Source: a virus
Taxonomy: Duplodnaviria; Caudoviricetes
Reading direction: 5' to 3' (one strand)
Virus record (IMG/VR): IMGVR_UViG_3300017655_000268
Span: 1 to 46,905 of that record
Length of the DNA stretch: 46,905 bases
Positions 34,881-43,167 of the stretch are shown here, one piece after another. Each line of letters begins with the position of its first letter. The stretch's first letter is position 1. Position numbers and translations under genes: made by a program. A model generated the notes under the pieces. It had not been told where the DNA came from. It saw only the letters and a program-made list of their open reading frames with translations, and ran no database searches.

Positions 34881-37800
34881 GACGAAACTAAAACAGGAAG
34901 ACCTTGTCCTTAACATCATCGTCAATGGGAATAAGGCACAGTCGGATATCGGCAAGGTGTCCCGCGCCTTGCGAGATGCAAAGAGTGCTGCCGCCGCTGC
35001 TGAAGATGAAATGAAGCTGCTAGAGAAACGTGGACTGACAAACACCAAACGATACAGGGAGCTAACCGCGGAGCTGGATAAACACAATAAAGAAATCGCC
35101 GAAAACAGAAAACAGCTCGATAGGCTCAATCAAAGCCTAAAGCTGGAAGACCAATCGATTGATACGTTAGAACGGTCGTTACGCAATCTGATCAAGCTAC
35201 GGAAACAATCCGTACCCGATAGCGACGCATACAAGGCATACAGCCGAGAAATAGATGCGGTGACGGCTCGGCTTAATGATTTGCGCGCCCAAGGTCAGCG
35301 CACTGCCAGCGTGCTTACCCGGATGGGCAACGGTATCAAAAACTTTTTTAGTTCCGCATTGGGTGGACTTGCCACCATGACAGCTGTTATCACCGGTGTA
35401 CGGAAAGCCACCGATGAGTTTTCACGATTCGATGACAAGATTGCGGACGTGATGAAGACGACGAATGCCGAGAAAGAAGCGGTTATGGGGCTCAACGCCG
35501 AGTTGGAGAAACTCGATACCCGTACATCGCAGGAAGATCTTCTTGGTTTAGGTCGGATTGGTGGCAAGCTCGGCATCACCGATATGGATGAGTTGCGCGG
35601 GTTCATTGATTCCACTAACCAGCTCGTGGTAGCCCTGAATGAAGATTTGGGTGGAAATGTGGAACAAACCGTCGCCGCCGTCGGCAAGTTGGTCGATATC
35701 TTCGGCGTTAGTGATACCTTCGGCATGGAGCAAGGCTTGCTAAAGGTCGGTTCCGCCATCAACGAGCTCGGTATGGCTTCAACGGCCAACGAAGGCTATA
35801 TGGTCGAATTTGCCCGGCGCATGGCAGGCGTTGCACCGCTGGCGGGCATTACGGTTCAGCAGATACTTGGATTGGGAGCTACACTCGATCAGCTGGGCCA
35901 GACGTCAGAAGTGAGCTCCACCGCCCTGAGCAAATTATTCCTCAAGCTATCCAGCGATGCCGCGTCGTTTGCCAAGTACGCAGGCATGGAGGTAAACGCC
36001 TTTAAAGATTTATTGGAAAAAGATTTCATGGCCGCATTCACGGCCGTGCTCCACGGGGTGAAGGACAATGCCAATGGTATCAACGAACTGGCCGCGACAC
36101 TGGGTGATCTAGGTTTGGACGGTGGGCGCGTCATCGGCGTACTCGGCTCTTTGGCCAATAACACCGGTATTCTGACCAATCAGATCAATTTGGCCAACGA
36201 TGCGTTTGCCCGTGGCACATCGCTTACCGAAGAATACAACATCAAGAATGCTACCGCCGCGGCGGAACTGGATAAGGCACGGAAAGAAGTCACCAAGTTC
36301 TGGCGCGAGCTCGGCGAAAAGTTATGGCCGGTCATCACTTCCGGAAACAACCTATTGGTCATTTTCCTACAAACGCTTATTACACTCATATCTTTCACAA
36401 CAAAATATTGGAAGGTCATCGCTCCGTTGACCGTTGCCCTCGTTAGCTATTATGCAACAGTCCAATTGGTAGCCAAATGGGAGGCGATTACCACTGCTTT
36501 GATGGCAGCTAAACGTACGGTACTAATTACGCTCAACGGATTGTATGCATTGCTTACGGGTAACCTAGCCCGTGCTGCTGCCGCCCAGCGCTTGCTAAAT
36601 ATACAAGTAGCCCTCAACCCTTATGCGGCCGCAGCCGCCTTGGTACTGGGGCTCGCCACAGCGTTGGTTACGTTCAGTAAGCGGCTCAACGAAGCCGAAT
36701 TCGCCCAGAAGGCATTGAACGAAGCCGAGAAAGAGGCAGAACGGATTAGCCATTCCCAAAAGTCTGAAATAGAGCGTCTGACCAAGTTACTGCGTGACGA
36801 GACCCGAACGCGAGACGAAAAGCTGATCGCTGTTAAGAACCTGCGGGACATTATGCCCGGCGTGCTAGATCAGTACACAGACGAACAGATATTGGCAGGT
36901 AAAGCCACGAAAGCAATTGAAGCGCAAACGAAGGCAATCATCCTTCAAGCAAAGATTCGAGCCCGGCAGGATAAAATACAGGAGCTGGAAAAGCAACGAA
37001 TGGATGCCGGTGATCTTGGCTTCTTCGACATGATGCGCGTAGGTGCTGCAGGATTGTTCGGCACAAGGAATGCGGCGACAACCGCTGCGAAAATAACCGT
37101 GACAGCCATTCATAACATTGACAACGCGATAAACGAACTAACAGAAGGCATTCTAGATGCACAAGGCGAACTAAACAAGCTGTATTCATCCAATCCAGAA
37201 ATAAAGGAATTTGAAGGTGGCACTGTGACACCTGGCTTAAACGACGCGGATGCAGCCAAAGCCCGTGCCGCCGCCAACCGCGCGCGTTTAGCCGAGCTGG
37301 AAGAGGCAAAAAAGGCATATCAGTCTCAATTAGAAGTCGAAGGCCTGTTCCGGAAAGATCGTCGTGAGATGACAACGGCGGAACTGGAAAAACTGTTAAC
37401 CATTGAGAACACCTATCAGGAGAAAACTGACGAAATAAACCGAAAATACCAGCATTCAGCCAGTAATACCACGAAGGTAGCCGAAACCGAATTGCTCAAG
37501 CGTGAATTAGCTGAAAAGAAGTATAGAGACAAGCTGCTAGACCCACGTGATCCTAAGTATGTACAGGAACAGGAGCAACACGAAGAGCGCCTCAAGTTGG
37601 CAGGCGTTTACGGTAAAAAACGTGAAGAACTGACTGCAGAGCAGTTGAAGGCATTGGAGCGTCTCGAGGCGATACATGCAGCCAACATCGGCAAGATAGA
37701 TGCCGAAGCCATAAAAAAAGGCGTCGAAGATCGACAGAAGGCCTATCAAGACGAGCTTACGGACCTACGAATCCGCAACAACGAAGAGCTGTCCAGCGTT

Positions 37801-39123
37801 CGCACACTGGAACAGGCGAAACAAAAACTTTCTTCCGCGCTCAGTCAAGAAGCACTCCGCCAAATCAAAACGCTCAACCAGGCAAAACGAATTCTTCAAA
37901 GCCAATATCAGCAGGAAGAGGCGAACCTTACCCGGAAGCACCTCGAAGAGCTTAGAGCGTTGATGCAATCCGTATTGGATTCCGGCGAATGGGATGGCAT
38001 CGACCTTGCCGATAAAATCCTTTCCCCGGAAGAGAAAGCCATACTCGAAGAATACCTTCGCAAGGTCCGTGAGCAGCTGGCAAAGCTCCGCAACCCAGAT
38101 CAGACCGACATCGCTGAAGATAAGGCCACCAAAGTAGACGTGCTCGGCATGAGCGTATCTGATTGGGAAATGTTATTTGCCAACCTCGAGGCCGGGAAGC
38201 TCGGCGTTCAGGATATGGCGAATGCCCTTTTGGCCATGAACCAGATATGGGCGCAATACAACGCGTTTGTTGCTGCCGGGGAAAAGCGAAAACTACAGGA
38301 GTTCGAAGACGCCAACAACCGTAAAAAAGAATCGCTCAAAAAGCGACTGGAAGCCGAAACGATTAGTCAAGAAGCATACAACCGGGAAATCGAAAAACTG
38401 GACAAGAATCTAGCGAAGAAACGGGCGCGAATGGAATACGATCAAGCCAAACGCGAACGGAACATCGCCATATCCAACGCTATTGCCAATACGGCGGTTG
38501 CTGTGACAAAAGTACTTGCTCAAGGCGGCATTGCAGGGATCGTATTGGCCGGCATTGTTAGTTTTATGGGTGCGCTACAACTGGCGACTATTCTCAAACA
38601 GCCCCTGCCTTCGTTGTCCGGATACGCCGATGGCGGCTTCTTAGTAGAAAGGGAGCAGGACCGCAGAAAGTTCAACGCGACCTATGATCCAACGCGGCGC
38701 GGCTACGTTCATGGCCCCACGGTCATTACAGGCGAAGATGGCTCCGAATTCGTCGCTAGCAAGCAAGCTGTAGATAATCCATCCGTAAAGCCTGTTCTTG
38801 ACGTGATAGACACGGCCCAACGCAACGGCACCATTTCTACATTGAACTTGGAAAATATTATGGGGCAGACTATTTCCAGACGATTGGATGGCTTCGCCAG
38901 GGGCGGCTATATGGACCGTATTAGTCGCCGGGTTGCTCCACCAAAAAAGGCTACTAACGAGTCGAAGTTAGAAGACTTACTCACCGAAAACGTGGATGCC
39001 GTTCGGAAATTAAACAAGAATCTCGAAAAGCCAATCACAGCAAACGTTTCGCTTTTGGGCAAAAGTGGCTTCTACGAGAAAGATGCGGAATATAGAGAGA
39101 TTCAAAACAGTGCAAATCTATAA
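34873..39123 (+). CDS. Tail tape measure protein
   Basis: 1416 aa; TP901-like TMP core ('DDKIADVMKTT', 'GSAINELG'), hydrophobic central segments, long coiled coils. Confidence 0.93.
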   Translation: MAKTKLKQEDLVLNIIVNGNKAQSDIGKVSRALRDAKSAAAAAEDEMKLLEKRGLTNTKRYRELTAELDKHNKEIAENRKQLDRLNQSLKLEDQSIDTLERSLRNLIKLRKQSVPDSDAYKAYSREIDAVTARLNDLRAQGQRTASVLTRMGNGIKNFFSSALGGLATMTAVITGVRKATDEFSRFDDKIADVMKTTNAEKEAVMGLNAELEKLDTRTSQEDLLGLGRIGGKLGITDMDELRGFIDSTNQLVVALNEDLGGNVEQTVAAVGKLVDIFGVSDTFGMEQGLLKVGSAINELGMASTANEGYMVEFARRMAGVAPLAGITVQQILGLGATLDQLGQTSEVSSTALSKLFLKLSSDAASFAKYAGMEVNAFKDLLEKDFMAAFTAVLHGVKDNANGINELAATLGDLGLDGGRVIGVLGSLANNTGILTNQINLANDAFARGTSLTEEYNIKNATAAAELDKARKEVTKFWRELGEKLWPVITSGNNLLVIFLQTLITLISFTTKYWKVIAPLTVALVSYYATVQLVAKWEAITTALMAAKRTVLITLNGLYALLTGNLARAAAAQRLLNIQVALNPYAAAAALVLGLATALVTFSKRLNEAEFAQKALNEAEKEAERISHSQKSEIERLTKLLRDETRTRDEKLIAVKNLRDIMPGVLDQYTDEQILAGKATKAIEAQTKAIILQAKIRARQDKIQELEKQRMDAGDLGFFDMMRVGAAGLFGTRNAATTAAKITVTAIHNIDNAINELTEGILDAQGELNKLYSSNPEIKEFEGGTVTPGLNDADAAKARAAANRARLAELEEAKKAYQSQLEVEGLFRKDRREMTTAELEKLLTIENTYQEKTDEINRKYQHSASNTTKVAETELLKRELAEKKYRDKLLDPRDPKYVQEQEQHEERLKLAGVYGKKREELTAEQLKALERLEAIHAANIGKIDAEAIKKGVEDRQKAYQDELTDLRIRNNEELSSVRTLEQAKQKLSSALSQEALRQIKTLNQAKRILQSQYQQEEANLTRKHLEELRALMQSVLDSGEWDGIDLADKILSPEEKAILEEYLRKVREQLAKLRNPDQTDIAEDKATKVDVLGMSVSDWEMLFANLEAGKLGVQDMANALLAMNQIWAQYNAFVAAGEKRKLQEFEDANNRKKESLKKRLEAETISQEAYNREIEKLDKNLAKKRARMEYDQAKRERNIAISNAIANTAVAVTKVLAQGGIAGIVLAGIVSFMGALQLATILKQPLPSLSGYADGGFLVEREQDRRKFNATYDPTRRGYVHGPTVITGEDGSEFVASKQAVDNPSVKPVLDVIDTAQRNGTISTLNLENIMGQTISRRLDGFARGGYMDRISRRVAPPKKATNESKLEDLLTENVDAVRKLNKNLEKPITANVSLLGKSGFYEKDAEYREIQNSANL

Positions 39124-39125
39124 CC

Positions 39126-41042
39126 ATGCTCGAAATATTTATATCCAACCAAAAGGTAGACTTGTCTATCGATATCCAAATAGCACTCACTATCGAGAAC
39201 CCGTTCATGCTGCAAGACCGGGTGCCCACGCCGTATAGCCTCACCTTCGAGTTGCCGGCCACGGCGCGAAATCTCAAAACATTCAACTTCCCCAACCGTA
39301 TAGCGTCTCACAAGAGCAACGCCACCGTTACTCGGTCGTGCCGCATCCTTTTCCAGTCCGTCACCATCGCCACCGGCATCGTCACCATCACTAACTTCGA
39401 GCAAACCATCAAAGCAGCTTTCAAAGGCGCCGATCTGACTGAAACCATGCGATCCTACATCTACGAAATGCCGATGGAGTTCTATGAATTTGACACGCCA
39501 GACTGGACCGATATCGACTTCGACGACCCGCACAACTACGCCGGCCGGTACCGGCAGATGGCCATCGATGCCGCTAACGGTCTCGACCCGCGCATGGTCG
39601 TAGCACCGGTAAAGGTAGAGACAGACAACATGCCACTGCAGTTCAGCTACCAACGCCAGGTGCGCGGTGAGTTTGTAACCTCACTACGATATCCCCAACG
39701 GATGATGGACACCGAATACATCAACTATTACAATCCGGAAGAAGAAGAATTTGCCCTACGATCAGACACGCCAGCCGTGCGCGGCGAACCTTATGCTATT
39801 GTTCATGCTCCGATATTTCCCTTCACGCGCGTCCACTACATCTTATCATCCATATTCGGTTCGGCATTAGCCTCCAACATATTCGACGCCCCTGAGCTGG
39901 AAGACCTCGTCGTGCCATCCACCTACTTCCAAAACTGGAAAAACAACGCCAGCGCCCGCGTACAATTTAACGGCCCGGGCGGGATGATGTTCCTAAACAA
40001 ACCGCCGTTCGGTTCCAGCCCAATATTTCCACCTGGTTACCCGACTGATCCTTTCTTCCGGCTCAACGATTTCCTGCCTGCCTATCCCGGCCCCGATCTA
40101 CTCAAAGAGCTGCTCAAACTCTTTTGCGCATCCATGGTCATCAAAAACGGTCGTTTCGATATCAGGTTGAACAAAGACATCATCGCGGAACCCGTCGCCA
40201 CGAAGTGGGATGAAAAACTTATCGGCAAGCCAACGATATCGACCGAAAAAAAACACATATACAAGTACGGCTACGAAGGTGAAGACCCGTACATACCCGA
40301 AAACGACGCGGTTTCCGTCACTTCTCTCCGGGCGATGTTTACCGACGCCGACGCACAGGTACTTGATCCGGGCGACCAAGTAACGCGCGTATATAATGTA
40401 ACATCGCTTGGCGCCTACTACGAATGCATCATCGAACAGTTGGAGCCAGCGCCGTCGCCCAAGCCGAACAAATACATGACGTTTAAACTACTGGATGGTG
40501 GCTATGGCAAGGCGCCCGACACCACACAAGACACATTCGATGCCGTAGCATCTTTAAAGCCTTTGCCACTCGTTCCTAAACAATACTGGGTAACCGCCGA
40601 GAACGCCGTAGATATCCCGCCCGAGCTATATTGGTGGGCCGTGCCGTATTACCAGGGCGATAGGGGCGCGAGGCCCGAAGGGGCCAACATCATGTTCCAT
40701 CGGGGTATGACAGACGTATTGAGCGATTTTGTTAGTCACCAGTATCCACTACTATCGCCGTATCGGGTCACACCATCAAATTACCCCGTCGGGGATTTAT
40801 CGTTGAAATGGACGGGTGACGATGGATTGCTTGCCAACTTCCACGCAGGGTTCAAGAACTGGATTGAGCGCGACCGCGCCCGTGTATCCGGCAGCTTTCT
40901 GCTCACGCCGCTCGACCTGCACAATCTCGACATCACTTCAAAGGTACATCTGCAAGGCCGCAATTTTTACATCGAGCGCATCCAGGTAAACATCCGGGCC
41001 AATCGCATCGATCCCGCTCATATAGACCTTGTGGAGGCGTAA
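39126..41042 (+). CDS. Minor tail / tail-tip protein
   Basis: Follows the TMP; 'IENPF......YSLTFELP..ARN...F' N-terminus. Confidence 0.7.
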   Translation: MLEIFISNQKVDLSIDIQIALTIENPFMLQDRVPTPYSLTFELPATARNLKTFNFPNRIASHKSNATVTRSCRILFQSVTIATGIVTITNFEQTIKAAFKGADLTETMRSYIYEMPMEFYEFDTPDWTDIDFDDPHNYAGRYRQMAIDAANGLDPRMVVAPVKVETDNMPLQFSYQRQVRGEFVTSLRYPQRMMDTEYINYYNPEEEEFALRSDTPAVRGEPYAIVHAPIFPFTRVHYILSSIFGSALASNIFDAPELEDLVVPSTYFQNWKNNASARVQFNGPGGMMFLNKPPFGSSPIFPPGYPTDPFFRLNDFLPAYPGPDLLKELLKLFCASMVIKNGRFDIRLNKDIIAEPVATKWDEKLIGKPTISTEKKHIYKYGYEGEDPYIPENDAVSVTSLRAMFTDADAQVLDPGDQVTRVYNVTSLGAYYECIIEQLEPAPSPKPNKYMTFKLLDGGYGKAPDTTQDTFDAVASLKPLPLVPKQYWVTAENAVDIPPELYWWAVPYYQGDRGARPEGANIMFHRGMTDVLSDFVSHQYPLLSPYRVTPSNYPVGDLSLKWTGDDGLLANFHAGFKNWIERDRARVSGSFLLTPLDLHNLDITSKVHLQGRNFYIERIQVNIRANRIDPAHIDLVEA

Positions 41043-41050
41043 ACCCCCTT

Positions 41051-41085
41051 GTCCTTTCGTTCGCGCCCACCCACTCGGATATTAG
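41051..41085 (+). promoter_or_regulatory. Putative phage late promoter 5
   Basis: GTCCTTTC-N19-GATATTAG upstream of the membrane/lysis genes. Confidence 0.6.
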
Positions 41086-41103
41086 CGGCAGACTAAAAGG
41101 CCC

Positions 41104-41412
41104 ATGAAAGAATTTGTATTGCAGAATTTAGACAAGTTCAAAAAATACCCGATACCCTTCATCGCGCTGGTATTTATCGGCATGTATATCCATGAGGCGT
41201 CAGAGAACCGCGAAGATTACCGCAACTGCCAGTCGGAGCTGAAACGTAAGGATGTCGAATTGTCCGCGGCGCACGAACAGGTAAGGCAGACCAATGAGCA
41301 GCTGCTCGATTACGCGTTCCAGATACGCATGTATCGCGAAGGTCGCGGCGAGTCCGATTCAACCATCAAAAAAGAAACGCAATCGAACGTCAAGAAAATA
41401 TTGAAACAATGA
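41104..41412 (+). CDS. Single-TM coiled-coil protein (holin or lysis candidate)
   Basis: TM 'PIPFIALVFIGMYI' followed by a coiled coil. Confidence 0.5.
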   Translation: MKEFVLQNLDKFKKYPIPFIALVFIGMYIHEASENREDYRNCQSELKRKDVELSAAHEQVRQTNEQLLDYAFQIRMYREGRGESDSTIKKETQSNVKKILKQ

Positions 41413-42095
41413 AAACATTCATCATTGCCGCCGTCATGGTAGCCATGACTGTAGCACTATTCATCGTCAGCAGGGCCTACTTAACGGAGCTTCGCGAAAA
41501 CGAAACGCTATCCGATGCATTTACCGCCCAGGTAGAGAAAAACGCGAACCAGCCGCTCGAAATCATCAAAACGATTACCGATACCGTTTATAAGCAGTCG
41601 GCCGCTACGGTAGCACCCATAGAAACCACCGACCTATCGTTGTATGTGTCGCGTGGATATGCGGATACGTTACGCCAAGCGCTGAATATCGCCGTCAATA
41701 AGATCACGCGTCTCGAACGGTTCACCATTACATTGCAAGATTCCATCGCCGGCATACTATCAACTGATGCAAACGGTACCCAGTGGGCTACGATGGCCGA
41801 CAACACATTCAACATCCGGTACAACCGTACGTCCAACATGTTCTATCCGCAAGTATCGCTTAATCTTGATGTCATTGCGCACGAACAAAAGCCAGGGCTA
41901 TTCAAGCGGCGGCAAGTACTCTCCACCATCGTGGCTAACGACCCGCGCATACAGATTAGCAACGTCCGACAGGTAAATAAAATCACGCTACCTAGCCGTT
42001 TCGGCATCGACCTCTTCGGCGGTGCCGTGATGACACCCTACGGCCTTACCTACGGCGTAGGTGCCGGATTTGGATACCGCATTAAAGAATTTTAA
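41409..42095 (+). CDS. Spanin-like candidate
   Basis: N-terminal TM, coiled coil, C-terminal amphipathic beta-strands ending in Phe. Confidence 0.5.
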   Translation: MKTFIIAAVMVAMTVALFIVSRAYLTELRENETLSDAFTAQVEKNANQPLEIIKTITDTVYKQSAATVAPIETTDLSLYVSRGYADTLRQALNIAVNKITRLERFTITLQDSIAGILSTDANGTQWATMADNTFNIRYNRTSNMFYPQVSLNLDVIAHEQKPGLFKRRQVLSTIVANDPRIQISNVRQVNKITLPSRFGIDLFGGAVMTPYGLTYGVGAGFGYRIKEF

Positions 42096-42107
42096 TCGAC
42101 CGAGACG

Positions 42108-43157
42108 ATGACCATCTCCCAACAGCCACATGCGTTGAACCTATCCGGCAATGTGCCCGACTTCATCCTCGAAGATGTGGCTGTTTCCGTTACGTTCAAG
42201 CTATACCAGGGAAGCACGTTGATGTTGGATGAACTCTATTACCCCGATGTTGACGGCGGAGTTCGTGTAAAAGTTGCCGACCTCATACATCAATTGCTAT
42301 ACGCCAAGGTGCCCGACTATTCGCAGACCATCTTCCACCAGCAGCATGCTTATGGCGAGTTCACCGTCAACATAGACGACGAAGACCCTATCGTGTTCAC
42401 CGTCGTTAAGGGATTTCTCCAACGTGCCGATTTTGATGTCGAGCAATTTTTTCGGTTCAACTGGCTCACCACGCAGCCCACCAGTAAGGCCGTCAAGTTC
42501 CACGACCCCGAGTGGCTTACCTGCTATCCAATCGAAGCCATAGACGTTCGCATCCGTGCCACGTTTTCAGACGCAACTACCCAGACCATTACCTACGCCA
42601 CGCTCGAGGCTGGTAAAGTTCAATCCATCAACCTCAATCCCGGCATGATCATCGGCCAGTTCAGTGCCGAGCCTATTAAGTGGGAAGTGTATACCGAAGC
42701 CAATGGCCAGTCCCGGCAATACGTACAGACCTACCGCTACGGTGAGGTTTGCGACCAATACGACGATCTCTTTGTTTTTGAGAACCGTCTCGGCGGGATT
42801 GATACCATCCGTTTTACCGGCACCATGCGATCAGTTGCCGGCACTTCAACGGCAAACGCCCGATTCGACGAATACACGACTGACTATTTCTCGGAACCGA
42901 TCGGAACGCTACAAAAAAACACCGGCGCACTGGCCACTCGTTCGCAGCTTAACCACGCCCTCGATTTCTTCCGGGCAATCCGCAAACACCATTTGTACCT
43001 CGGATACATCACCGGCATATACTTCAGCGAATCACCCGCACCAGAATATATCCAACGCGAATTGAACAGTTATACATTTTCATTCGGATACAGTGACTTT
43101 AAAGTAGCCTATCCCGAAATCGCTATACCCCCGCAATTATTAGAATTACCCGAATAA
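42108..43157 (+). CDS. Minor tail structural protein
   Basis: 'LYYPDVDG.V.V', 'FVFENRLGGIDTIRFTG' pattern seen in Bacteroidota siphovirus tail proteins. Confidence 0.65.
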   Translation: MTISQQPHALNLSGNVPDFILEDVAVSVTFKLYQGSTLMLDELYYPDVDGGVRVKVADLIHQLLYAKVPDYSQTIFHQQHAYGEFTVNIDDEDPIVFTVVKGFLQRADFDVEQFFRFNWLTTQPTSKAVKFHDPEWLTCYPIEAIDVRIRATFSDATTQTITYATLEAGKVQSINLNPGMIIGQFSAEPIKWEVYTEANGQSRQYVQTYRYGEVCDQYDDLFVFENRLGGIDTIRFTGTMRSVAGTSTANARFDEYTTDYFSEPIGTLQKNTGALATRSQLNHALDFFRAIRKHHLYLGYITGIYFSESPAPEYIQRELNSYTFSFGYSDFKVAYPEIAIPPQLLELPE

Positions 43158-43167
43158 TTATATCGCC

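Noticed and set aside
34461-35129. 222-aa minus-strand ORF and many similar shadow ORFs
   Set aside because: Antisense or alternative-frame to clear phage genes, with no motifs; an artefact of codon bias
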